This document shows, piece by piece, positions 46,626 to 55,881 of a stretch of DNA of 64,000 bases. The position numbers and the translations under genes were made by a program. This DNA comes from Clostridia bacterium (GTDB lineage: Bacteria > Bacillota > Clostridia > Lachnospirales > Lachnospiraceae), in assembly GCA_910576205.1 (NCBI GenBank), contig CAJTHL010000010.1, forward strand, positions 72,900 through 136,899. Reading direction: 5' to 3'. Numbering within the stretch: position 1 is the stretch's first letter; every line of letters starts with the position of its first letter. Below the pieces are notes generated by a model, which did no database searches, was not told the origin of the DNA, and was given only the letters and a program-made list of their open reading frames with translations.

Positions 46626-47225
46626 TCAGATGGAAATCGCCAGCATCAGATGCATGATAAGCTCCTCCCTGGTAAGCCCCGGATACCGCTCGTCCGGCGT
46701 ATAGGGAATGTCCTCCTTCTCCGTTCTGGCCGCCAGCGTATCCACCCGTTCCAGGTAATGCTTTAAATCCGTAAATATCTTCACATTCTGCCGCAGTCCG
46801 TTGTCTTTCAGCACCTTGCGGATATGGTTTTCCCCGGTCCGGATATCCAGATCCTTCCCGGAGGTGTAGCCCACAAGGCTGCTGCCGCAGATTACCATGC
46901 TGTCCACGGGATAATTTTTCTCATAGGTGGTCAGCACCAGCTCATAGAGATGCACCAGTTCCCCCACATGGGGATGGATTTCTTTGTAGAGGGCTGCGTC
47001 CATGGATTTCCTCGGAAGGAAAAGCAACAGGTTCACCATCTCCTTACAGGCGGGAAGCGAGCCCACCATGCCGATCACCGCCAGCAGGTTAATTCTCTCG
47101 TTGGTGCTTAAAAGTCCCACCGCCACCAGAGCCAGGGGCAGGGAAAAGAACAGCAGTGTCTTGACCGCCTGCCGTTTTTTATGATTTGCAATATATCCGT
47201 AGGAACCCTTCGCTATCTTTTTCAT
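46626..47225 (-). CDS. hypothetical membrane protein
   Basis: 199 aa, 2 TM N-terminus plus soluble domain. Confidence 0.45.
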   Translation of the reverse strand: MKKIAKGSYGYIANHKKRQAVKTLLFFSLPLALVAVGLLSTNERINLLAVIGMVGSLPACKEMVNLLLFLPRKSMDAALYKEIHPHVGELVHLYELVLTTYEKNYPVDSMVICGSSLVGYTSGKDLDIRTGENHIRKVLKDNGLRQNVKIFTDLKHYLERVDTLAARTEKEDIPYTPDERYPGLTREELIMHLMLAISI

Positions 47226-47228
47226 CGC

Positions 47229-47414
47229 TCACTCTTCTCTTGCCAGCGCCTGACGGATAACGTCGCAGTTTCCGTTGTGTACGCATTTTTCATAGTCGCA
47301 GTCCACATGCTGCAGACTTAAGCCATCTGGCAGCTTTTCATATTCGCAGGTCACAATCTGGGTCAGATTGTGGGCCTTGCAGTACCCGGTAAATATCTCT
47401 TCCACAATTTCCAT
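47229..47414 (-). CDS. small Cys-containing hypothetical protein
   Basis: 61 aa with 5 Cys (CxHxGxC). Only 3 nt from the downstream gene, so translationally coupled. Confidence 0.4.
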   Translation of the reverse strand: MEIVEEIFTGYCKAHNLTQIVTCEYEKLPDGLSLQHVDCDYEKCVHNGNCDVIRQALAREE

Positions 47415-47428
47415 TCTCTGAATCCTTT

Positions 47429-47920
47429 CTACAAAAGCCGGTAATGGGGAATAATGTCTTCGTAAACGCCGTCCCGGTTCAAAAATCCTCCGGGAATCAC
47501 CCCAAGCCGGGTAAATCCAAGCTTCTCATACAGATGCAGGGCCGGGGCGTTGGAGCCCACCACCGCGTTAAACTGAAGAATGGTAAACCCAAGCTCCCGC
47601 CCTTTTTCCAGGCAGTGACGCACCAGCTTTTCCCCGATGCGCTGCCCCCGCACGCCCTTCTTTACCGCGTAGCTGGCATTACAGATATGGCCGCAGCGGC
47701 CCACATTGTTGGGGTGCAGGATATATAAGCCTGCGATCTCCTTCGTATCCCTGTCAAAGGCAATGCCCGTAAAGGACTGTTCCAGGAAAAAGGCCTGTCC
47801 CGTCTCCTCTGTCAGCGTTTCCATCTGGGGAAAAGCCACGCCGTCCTCCACAACTGTGTTCCAAATGGCGGCCGCTGCCAGCGTGTCCTCCGGCCCGTAA
47901 GGCCTGATCTCTATGTCCAT
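47429..47920 (-). CDS. GNAT family N-acetyltransferase
   Basis: Start at MDIEIRPYGPED (RBS GGAGGTAGGAG). 'RGQRIGEKLVRHCLEKGRELGF' acetyl-CoA-binding motif. Confidence 0.8.
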   Translation of the reverse strand: MDIEIRPYGPEDTLAAAAIWNTVVEDGVAFPQMETLTEETGQAFFLEQSFTGIAFDRDTKEIAGLYILHPNNVGRCGHICNASYAVKKGVRGQRIGEKLVRHCLEKGRELGFTILQFNAVVGSNAPALHLYEKLGFTRLGVIPGGFLNRDGVYEDIIPHYRLL

Positions 47921-48137
47921 ACTCCTACCTCCATTCCAGTACCGCATCCCCCCTCCCAAGACCCTGGTCATCTGGAAGAATTTCCGGCTGCTTCGCATCC
48001 GGCAATCCTTCCGGGGCCTTGTACGGGTGGATACTGTTTTCCAGTACCGCATCCCCCCACTTTTACTTCCCTATTACTTTACACGTTATCGGCATTTCTG
48101 ACAAGTAGTTTCTGGAAAAAAGGTGCTTGCGGACACG

Positions 48138-48896
48138 TTATTGGGTCAGCTTTTCCTCCAGATTGCCGGCCCAGGCCTCCACTTTTTCCTCATACTGGCG
48201 TTCCAGCTCTTCAATGCGCCGCCTTGTCTCCTCCGAGCAGCTCTCCGCGTTTATGTTTCCCATAAAGGCATTGATAAACTCCTCGCCAAGCTGAAGCTTC
48301 CACCCGTCCTCCTCCTGGCAGACATGGACGGTTACCTCTGCCTCAAATTCCGGAAGCTCTGGGGAATCCATAATGGTTAAGAGGCTGCTCTTATCGTACC
48401 CCAAATCCCGGATCTCCCTAAAGAGACTTCCAAGGCCCATGCCGTCGCTCTCCACCATGCCTTCCAGAAGAGCCGCCATATAGTTCCCCATAGCCTCCGC
48501 CATATCCAGGTTGGAAATCCTGAGATCAATCTCTGCAGTGTTCCCCTCTTCCCGCACTTCCAGGATCTCCCATTCCAGGTTTTCCACCAGCTTCCGGGCA
48601 AAGTCCTGGTTCCAGCGACAGGCCTTCGTTTTAAAAAGTCCTGGCTGCTGTAGTTCGTTGAATACCCGGTATTCCCGTCTCACGGGAAGGCCGAAAAAGT
48701 TTCGGTGAACCCGGATAAAATTATCAGAGCATGCGTTTAAAGTGTCCATATCTAGTTCCTTTAAACTCTCCATCACACATTCCGCCGCCTCCCGGGGCGT
48801 ATCCGGGCTCTTCCGTGGCTCCTCTGTTTTACATGCCGTCAGACTTAAGGCCACCGCTAAGGCCAGAAGGCCTTTGATTACATGATTCACTGCCAT
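48138..48896 (-). CDS. lipoprotein (hypothetical)
   Basis: Start at MAVNHVIKGLLALAVALSLTACKTE, lipobox LTAC, RBS GGAGG. Confidence 0.6.
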   Translation of the reverse strand: MAVNHVIKGLLALAVALSLTACKTEEPRKSPDTPREAAECVMESLKELDMDTLNACSDNFIRVHRNFFGLPVRREYRVFNELQQPGLFKTKACRWNQDFARKLVENLEWEILEVREEGNTAEIDLRISNLDMAEAMGNYMAALLEGMVESDGMGLGSLFREIRDLGYDKSSLLTIMDSPELPEFEAEVTVHVCQEEDGWKLQLGEEFINAFMGNINAESCSEETRRRIEELERQYEEKVEAWAGNLEEKLTQ

Positions 48897-49065
48897 ATCT
48901 GGTTCCTCCTGTTCTTGTCTTAGAGAGGCTGCCGTAATTTTCCGACAGCCCCCTGCTGTTTTTTCCATTATATTTCCGCCCCTGCCTCCTGGCAACCAGC
49001 CCGTCACGAATCGACGGCTGCACAGCAAAAAAAGGCGCTTTCGCGCCTTTGTCTTTGAAAATATC

Positions 49066-50340
49066 CTAGGAGGGTATCATGGCCGAAAAAGAAAACCAGC
49101 CCTCCTCACATGTCAATACGCTGGTGCCCTTGTTTTTCCTGATTACCGCGTCCACGTTCCGAAGCCCGATGCCGTGACGGAAGGCGTTCCCCTTGGTGGT
49201 GACAATGACATTTCCCTGGATGCGAAGGGGCTCCTTTACCGGATTGCGGATGGACAGAATCAGCCAGCCCTCCTCCATCGTCAGCTTAAGCTTGATTATC
49301 CTCTGGGTTTCCAGCTTCCCGCAGGCCTCGATGGCATTGTCCAGGAGATTTACCAGAAGTACGATCAGATCCTCCTCGTCCATGGAAAGCCCGGACAGAT
49401 CGTTTACCGCCATGGTTACGGCAATGCCCTTTTCGCAGGCCTCCTGATATTTCCGGTTTAGCACAATGTTGACTACCCTGTGATTGGTGTTTACCGCGTC
49501 CCCGCTCTTTCGAATGCCTCCCACAAGCCGGGAAATATAGGATAAAGCATCCTCCTTCTGTCCATCCAGGAGCATCCCCTGGATGGACTGGAGCTGGTTC
49601 TTATAGTCGTGGAGATACCGCCGCTGCTGCTCATACTGGGCCTGGATACTCTGGTACAGCTCCATCTGGTTCTGAATCCGTTCCTGGGACAGCCGCGCCT
49701 CCTGCAGCTTCCCCTCTGTCTCCAGAAAATTTCCGAAAAAATAAAAAACGCCCATCCACACCACCCCAAAGGCTGACAACGCCGCCAGCCGGGCCGCGTT
49801 TTCCCCTCCATGGGAATCCTGGGAAATCATGCTGAGGGCCATAAGCACTACCATGCCACAAAGGGGAAAGAGGGCAAACATCCCCCTCCCCTCCTGTGTC
49901 TGCCACAGGGCGCGCTTCCTGTACCGGAAATGAAAGGCATATATAGCGGCGAGGAACAGGCCGTCCGTAAGAATTTCTATGGCATTGCCTAAGGCAGTCG
50001 TCCATTCTCCTGGAAACATCAAGAAAACAGATAACACCAGCATATTCACAAGCCAGTAAACCGCACACAGCAGGAGAGAAAAAACCAGATTTTTCCATAT
50101 TTTTATATAATAATACATCTGCGCTACAAAAGCCACAAGAACTATAAACCGCACCGGCTGTAAAATATACGGGGGAATCTCTGTGAAGGCTATCACAAGG
50201 AAAGCCGCCGTAAAAGCCCAGGAAGCTGTGCGGCCTGCCGGGGATTCCGGGCGGCGAAGGGGCGCAAGGGTATCAAAAAACAGCCTGCAGCTAACGCCGG
50301 CCATCCAGGACAGCAGAAGGCACTTTATTAACACTTCCAT
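49066..50340 (-). CDS. sensor histidine kinase, AgrC/LytS-like (HPK10, GHKL ATPase)
   Basis: 424 aa. 6-7 TM N-domain; H-box 'RRYLHDYKNQLQSI'; N/G boxes at C-terminus. Confidence 0.75.
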   Translation of the reverse strand: MEVLIKCLLLSWMAGVSCRLFFDTLAPLRRPESPAGRTASWAFTAAFLVIAFTEIPPYILQPVRFIVLVAFVAQMYYYIKIWKNLVFSLLLCAVYWLVNMLVLSVFLMFPGEWTTALGNAIEILTDGLFLAAIYAFHFRYRKRALWQTQEGRGMFALFPLCGMVVLMALSMISQDSHGGENAARLAALSAFGVVWMGVFYFFGNFLETEGKLQEARLSQERIQNQMELYQSIQAQYEQQRRYLHDYKNQLQSIQGMLLDGQKEDALSYISRLVGGIRKSGDAVNTNHRVVNIVLNRKYQEACEKGIAVTMAVNDLSGLSMDEEDLIVLLVNLLDNAIEACGKLETQRIIKLKLTMEEGWLILSIRNPVKEPLRIQGNVIVTTKGNAFRHGIGLRNVDAVIRKNKGTSVLTCEEGWFSFSAMIPS

Positions 50341-50367
50341 AATGCTTCACCTCTCTCAGGCCGCCAG

Positions 50368-51630
50368 TCAGTCTGTCGCAGATTCTGTAATTCCAGGCGG
50401 TGATTCATCGTATTCGCAGATATACCCCGTATTCCCTTTATAGGAGGGCGCCGCATCCAGCATATCGTCCGGCACATCGTTCAGGTAATATCTGCCGTCC
50501 TCCTTGTTGTACATCATAACAAGACAGCTCTCCTCCACCTCCCGGCCGTCCTCGGTCATTCCCCGGTAGGTGGGCTCCATTTTATAGTCCCCGTAATGCC
50601 TCCAGAATCCGTAATAAGCCCGGAATGGCATTTCCCGCCTGCTGCCGTCCGGTTCTATCCAGTTGTAGCCAAATGTGGTTTCCCCATCCATGCGCCCGTT
50701 GTTTGCCCCCACGTAAAAGGTGATGCCTGTCATTCCCTCCTCCCCTATCCGGGCTTCTATGGCCTCCCGCTCCTCCTGGGAGGTGATTACCGCAAGATAC
50801 CCGCCTCTCTTCCTGCATTCCTCCCTGGCCTCCCGCCAGGTGAGATCTTCCACTACCAGATCATAAGTATGATCTGCCGACGTATGCCGCCCTGTCTTTA
50901 GAAGGGACTGAAGCTCTTTCCAGTCGTAGTAAATCTCTGGCGACTTTGCCCGGCTCCTGTCGTAGACTTCCTTAAGAGCTGCCTCATATTCCTCCCCGGA
51001 TACCTGTTTTCCTTCCCAGCTGTACTGGAAAATAAAGTTGTCCTCCTCGTCCAGCACAGGGCCGCCCTCCGGGTCCCCGTACTCTCCCTCCGCCATGAGA
51101 ATCCATTTCCCATCCTTCAGCGCAAAAACCCGGTCATAGTAGAATCCCATATTTCCGTCGGAATTGCACAGGAGGCCTTTCCTCTCCAGATAATCAAAAT
51201 TAAGCCGGTAGGTCTGGACGGCGTCTACCTCCCTGTGACTGTATGTGAGAATCAGACATCCCCCGGCCTCAAACCCGCTGTCGCACACCAGCTCGGGAAT
51301 CTGGTCATCATCCACATAAATAAAGCTATAGGTACAGCCTGCCGCATATTTCCCCCCTGCTTCCTGGTCCAGGGCCTCCAGATACTTTGCATACGCTGTC
51401 CGCCAGGCGTCCCCAAAAGTCTCCTCACGCAAGGCTTCATTTCCGGTTTCTTTTTGTTCTTCCCGGCTTTTTCCATTTTCCGTCTCCCCGGAAGCTTTCG
51501 GCGGGTTTGCTCCGGCGCGCTCCCTGGGAAGTCTCCCGGAATCCTCCTGGCTGCATCCCACAAGGGCCAGCGCCAGAAGGATTCCCCCTATGGCTCTTTT
51601 CAGATATCCGTATCTTTTGCATGTTTTCAT
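50368..51630 (-). CDS. lipoprotein with C-type lectin-like domain
   Basis: Start at MKTCKRYGYLKRAIGGILLALALVGCSQ. CTLD signature 'WREAREECRKRGGYLAVITSQEEREAI...YVGANNG'. Confidence 0.6.
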   Translation of the reverse strand: MKTCKRYGYLKRAIGGILLALALVGCSQEDSGRLPRERAGANPPKASGETENGKSREEQKETGNEALREETFGDAWRTAYAKYLEALDQEAGGKYAAGCTYSFIYVDDDQIPELVCDSGFEAGGCLILTYSHREVDAVQTYRLNFDYLERKGLLCNSDGNMGFYYDRVFALKDGKWILMAEGEYGDPEGGPVLDEEDNFIFQYSWEGKQVSGEEYEAALKEVYDRSRAKSPEIYYDWKELQSLLKTGRHTSADHTYDLVVEDLTWREAREECRKRGGYLAVITSQEEREAIEARIGEEGMTGITFYVGANNGRMDGETTFGYNWIEPDGSRREMPFRAYYGFWRHYGDYKMEPTYRGMTEDGREVEESCLVMMYNKEDGRYYLNDVPDDMLDAAPSYKGNTGYICEYDESPPGITESATD

Positions 51631-51631
51631 C

Positions 51632-52345
51632 TCACATTGCCCCTTTATACGCCACAAAGGCCTCCCTGACGCTCCGGTAGCGAAGCCTTGGAATGGGCAG
51701 CTCCTCCCCGGTATCAAGAAACACCCTGTAATTACTGATCCTGCGGATATGCCGCATATTTACCAGGTAACTCTTGTGAATGCGCAAAAAGCCATACCCC
51801 TGAAGCCTCTCCTCTACGGCGTCCAGCTTATCGTATAACTGATAAGTTACAGGCCCTGTCTCCATATAGGAAAAGAGGGTTTTGTGCCTGCGGCTCTCCA
51901 CATAGAGAAGGTTGTCGGTGTAAAGGTTTTTCTCTCCCTCCAGAAAAGAAAACCGCACCCGTGCCAGCCGCATTTTTTCCAGAATGGCCTCCATACACTC
52001 CGCCACTCCCGCCTCCAGGGCATCCTTTAGAATATAACGCACGGCGTTGACCTTGTACCCCTCCAGCACATAGCTGATAAAGGCCGTCACAAGGACTATA
52101 TACGTGTCCGAGTGAAATGCACGGATTTCCATGGCTGTCTGGATGCCGTCCACCTCTTCCATGTTGATATCCAGAAATACCACGTCATATTTTACCCGGT
52201 TTTCCCCCTCCTCCAGAAAAGCCTTCCCGGAGGGGAACAGGCTGATCTCATAGGGAAGCCTGCGGGCATCCAGGTATTTTTCCAGAAGGGCTTTGATTTT
52301 TTCTAAGTAATACGGTTCGTCGTCGCAGATGGCAAGGCGCAGCAT
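51632..52345 (-). CDS. LytTR-family response regulator
   Basis: 237 aa. Receiver 'LAICDDE...VVFLDINM' plus LytTR DNA-binding domain. Confidence 0.8.
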   Translation of the reverse strand: MLRLAICDDEPYYLEKIKALLEKYLDARRLPYEISLFPSGKAFLEEGENRVKYDVVFLDINMEEVDGIQTAMEIRAFHSDTYIVLVTAFISYVLEGYKVNAVRYILKDALEAGVAECMEAILEKMRLARVRFSFLEGEKNLYTDNLLYVESRRHKTLFSYMETGPVTYQLYDKLDAVEERLQGYGFLRIHKSYLVNMRHIRRISNYRVFLDTGEELPIPRLRYRSVREAFVAYKGAM

Positions 52346-52379
52346 ATTAATATAGGACTCCTTTTTAAAAAGGCAAATC

Positions 52380-53330
52380 TCACCAGATCTTTTTCAACAA
52401 TTCTTTCAATTCCTTTAATTCTGTTTCACAAAAAAGTTTATGATTGGAATTTAATAGATTAAGAATCCGCTTCCTGTCTATTACACAAGTATGTATCTCT
52501 GTGGCATTTTCAAATCTCCCGGAAGCATTCTGACAAAAAAACGGTACAAACATACAGGACCAGAAAGGGGCTAAGGGCGCAATCCTGGTACTCCATACGT
52601 CGTAACCGACAGCCTTTTGTTTATCTATCCATTCATCATAACTACAAGTACATTGGGCAAAAGCAAAAGGAATATGCGATGAATCATCTAATTTAAGAAA
52701 GGAAACAATATCCAGCCCCCCATCTCCTCCACGGATCCTGTCATACCTCTCATCCTGATCTATAATCTTTGTTGTCTGTGCTCCCAGGCATTCAGCAAGC
52801 TGCATAATTCGTGTACGCAGATTCCCATGAAATACACCCTCGTCACGTGCCGTTCCAAATAATTCTGTCTGTGCATTTACAGGCATTAAACATTTCATAA
52901 ATGGATAACAGTATTTTTCAAATGCATAGGTAACCTTCTGCATAGAAAGCTTATCCATAAAACTTATATTTGAGCAAATCAGCAAAAAGAAATAATGTAA
53001 ATATTCTCCAGTTAAGGTTTCTTTTATGGTGATACATTGTCCATCCTCAATCTCAAAAGGATAGTATTCTGAAAACATTTCATTTCGATATTTGATTACT
53101 TCGTAATAATTATCTATATTTGTACTTAATTTATCATAATTCGCCGAGTGAACGCTTTGTCCCCGCTGCAAATCCAGAATATCTTCATCAAAAAACAAAT
53201 CAAGTACGTCATCTTTGGTTATTATGTGATCATCTACATACAAGCATCGAAACTCTATATAATCTGCCCAGCGATTCACATGATACCCACTCCAATCTGG
53301 TATTTTTAATGAATTCTCTGTCTTTATCAT
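52380..53330 (-). CDS. hypothetical protein in low-GC island (partner of ParB-like protein)
   Basis: 316 aa, no recognisable motif except 'GGDGGLDIVSFLKLDD'. ~30% GC versus ~57% flanks. Confidence 0.55.
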   Translation of the reverse strand: MIKTENSLKIPDWSGYHVNRWADYIEFRCLYVDDHIITKDDVLDLFFDEDILDLQRGQSVHSANYDKLSTNIDNYYEVIKYRNEMFSEYYPFEIEDGQCITIKETLTGEYLHYFFLLICSNISFMDKLSMQKVTYAFEKYCYPFMKCLMPVNAQTELFGTARDEGVFHGNLRTRIMQLAECLGAQTTKIIDQDERYDRIRGGDGGLDIVSFLKLDDSSHIPFAFAQCTCSYDEWIDKQKAVGYDVWSTRIAPLAPFWSCMFVPFFCQNASGRFENATEIHTCVIDRKRILNLLNSNHKLFCETELKELKELLKKIW

Positions 53331-53338
53331 AATCGTTT

Positions 53339-54487
53339 TTATTTCCTTAATAGCTTTCTTAGCTGTTCCAGTACTTCCGGGTCAGAAGCAAGCTTCTCTA
53401 TACTAATCCCCTGCTCTTCATTCCGTCCAAAATTAGCTTCCAATCCTCCCGAGATTGTCTTTAATAAACGATCAATATCTTCCAATAGCCCCTTCGCCTC
53501 AAGTGGCTCTTTGCCAAGCTGCTCAATGGCATCTTTAGCCTGTTTTAATTGTTGTTTTGCCTTTGAAAGCATTTCAATAAACGCCTCGGCTGGAGCTGAA
53601 GTATACAGCAAAGCTTCGTCTACAGTACTGCCTTTTTCCAGCCTGGCCAATGCTGCAGGAGATTCTGTAATCTTTGCAAGGTCAGAGATCTCCCTTACCT
53701 CTCTGATAACGGCTTTTCCGGGATAAAACATCCATGTGAATATTTTTTTAAAATGTTCTTCCTCTAAGCTGCTTAGGGAGGCATCCGTTGTGCCAGACAA
53801 GCCAATATATTCTGATATCCCCCTAAAGCCCAAAGCAGTTGTCAGCCAGGAAAACTGAATATCCTCTTCCTTAATATCTGCACCATAATAGGCTCTGTCA
53901 TTTGCTCTCTCATACAGCTTCAGAGCCTTATGGAGCTTTGCAACATAGTCCGTGCGGCTCCCAATAATTTTTGCCAGTTTCTGGTATATTTTATCTAATT
54001 GCGTATTTTGAATATGAATCTTATATAACTGGTCAAGATAACGCGCCTTTTCCAGCGCTCCCCAGTCCTTTACACCTGTAATATGCCTATAGCCCAGATA
54101 ATCCAGAACATCCTCTTTATTTGCATAAAGGATACAAGGTATTACCTCTGGTTTAAACTTTGCTTCCAGAATCACATTTTTAATAGCCTGCTGCCTTATC
54201 TTGGTCAGACCTGGATTATTCAGCAATTTTAAAGCGGCTAACCGCCGGTTTCCCTCTACAACGATATACCTTCCATCTGCTTCCCTTACAACCAGAAGAG
54301 GCTCCGCATCTGAATATCCCATTTCAGCAATGGAAAGCATTAATTCAACAATATTTCCATATTTTACCATATAATCTATAATTTTATTTTCATCCGTCTC
54401 ACCTTGCAGGCGTATGGGTAACCTTGGATTTCTCTCATCAAACCACAAGCTTTTTAACTCTATTTCCAGTTTTTTTCTATCTGCCAT
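53339..54487 (-). CDS. ParB/Srx-fold (ParB N-terminal nuclease-like domain) protein
   Basis: Start at MADRKKLEIELK (RBS GGAGG); ORF track begins at an upstream TTG. 'DGRYIVVEGNRRLAALKLL' ParB-box GxRR motif; long helical C-terminus. Low GC. Confidence 0.6.
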   Translation of the reverse strand: MADRKKLEIELKSLWFDERNPRLPIRLQGETDENKIIDYMVKYGNIVELMLSIAEMGYSDAEPLLVVREADGRYIVVEGNRRLAALKLLNNPGLTKIRQQAIKNVILEAKFKPEVIPCILYANKEDVLDYLGYRHITGVKDWGALEKARYLDQLYKIHIQNTQLDKIYQKLAKIIGSRTDYVAKLHKALKLYERANDRAYYGADIKEEDIQFSWLTTALGFRGISEYIGLSGTTDASLSSLEEEHFKKIFTWMFYPGKAVIREVREISDLAKITESPAALARLEKGSTVDEALLYTSAPAEAFIEMLSKAKQQLKQAKDAIEQLGKEPLEAKGLLEDIDRLLKTISGGLEANFGRNEEQGISIEKLASDPEVLEQLRKLLRK

Positions 54488-54602
54488 AAGGACCTCCAAA
54501 GCATTTTTATCAAACGATATTATAACCTTGTCAGCAATAATTATAAATGAATCCTTAATAAATAGCAATGTATAAAAAGTATTTATATGCTGTAAGAAAA
54601 GA

Positions 54603-54650
54603 GACGCCCACCGCCCCTTTTAAAGGCTGTGACGTCTCTTTCCTTTATAA
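54603..54650 (-). terminator. rho-independent terminator after anti-sigma gene
   Basis: Minus strand gagacg-loop-cgtctc followed by TTTTCTT. Confidence 0.5.
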
Positions 54651-54678
54651 AATACGCTTCACAATCCCAGAGCTGATT

Positions 54679-55881
54679 TTACTGCTCCGGCACTTTATAC
54701 ATATACACGGCAAAAGTTGCGGTTCCGTCTCCATTCCATGTCATGGTGGGGACTTCAAGGTCTGTAACGCCGTCGCTATACATATATCCAAGAATCCCCA
54801 AAGCGCCCGTGGCAGGCTCCTTCCCAAAGAGTTCCTCACAGAAGCAGGTGCCGCTTCCCCCACTACCATCTTCTCCCACCTGGTAGGAATAGGGAACCTC
54901 ATTTCCTTCCACTTTCAGAACCTGCACAGTAGACTCGATAACCGTGGCGTACTGATCCATGAATTCCTTTGTCAGAGTTTTCTCCTGGCTCATGTTTATA
55001 AGCGTCTCCATCCAGTCGTCCACCGCCAGATCTGACTCACTCTTCTCTATGGGCTCCTCCGGGGCATCCCATTCTGCCTGCAGTTCCCTTAAAAACGCTT
55101 CCGCCGCCGCCGGATCTCCCTTGGCTTTATCAATAGGCACGGTAAACAGGGCGTTGACACCGTTAAAGTCTTCATTTCGCGTAATTTCCCCTGTAGCCTC
55201 ATTGAAATTATACGCCTGGGAATCGTAAAAAGTGCCGGAATTGACGCCAAAGTAAATTCCCCTGTCGGCAAACATTTCGATGTTGTTTGTCTCCGCCATG
55301 CGGTAGGTAACTCCGTTCTGTACAAACTCCGAATAGCCGCCGTGCATGGTTATACAGTTGTATTCATTTGGATTTAACCCTCCAATGTACAGGGACGCAA
55401 AGAAGGGATCCTTTCCATAGTTTTCGTCGCTTGTATCTGGCATAGGGGTTCCATCTGTGCGCTCAATGGCCGTGGCAATATACATACGCTCATCCAGAAG
55501 GCTTCCGGCCTCTGTCCCCATATATTTACTGACGTCCTTTCCCCCCACAATTCCCAGAAATGTGATTTTATAGTCCCCAAACTCCTGACTTTCGTTGACC
55601 AGCACTGCGTTTTCCCCCGCAAATGTCTCTGCCAGCTTATCGTCGTTCATCTCCTCTGCCATCTGGGAAGGCGTAAAATATTTGTATGCGGCAAATCCTG
55701 TAATGGAACCAAATGCCAGCGTCAGACACGCCGCCAGGACGACTGCCGGGTATTTTTTTCTTCCTCGTTTCATATAAGTCATCTCCTCTGCCTGCTTAAG
55801 GATACTCTGGTTAAGCCGTGCTTCCGGTCCTCTCTCTGGAGACAACGCCTGCTTTAAAATCCTGTCCATATCTCTGCTCAT
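54679..55881 (-). CDS. anti-sigma factor-like membrane protein
   Basis: 400 aa. Cytoplasmic N-terminus, one TM 'AVVLAACLTLAFGSITGFAAY', large extracytoplasmic domain. Overlaps the sigma gene by ~60-70 nt. Confidence 0.55.
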   Translation of the reverse strand: MSRDMDRILKQALSPERGPEARLNQSILKQAEEMTYMKRGRKKYPAVVLAACLTLAFGSITGFAAYKYFTPSQMAEEMNDDKLAETFAGENAVLVNESQEFGDYKITFLGIVGGKDVSKYMGTEAGSLLDERMYIATAIERTDGTPMPDTSDENYGKDPFFASLYIGGLNPNEYNCITMHGGYSEFVQNGVTYRMAETNNIEMFADRGIYFGVNSGTFYDSQAYNFNEATGEITRNEDFNGVNALFTVPIDKAKGDPAAAEAFLRELQAEWDAPEEPIEKSESDLAVDDWMETLINMSQEKTLTKEFMDQYATVIESTVQVLKVEGNEVPYSYQVGEDGSGGSGTCFCEELFGKEPATGALGILGYMYSDGVTDLEVPTMTWNGDGTATFAVYMYKVPEQ

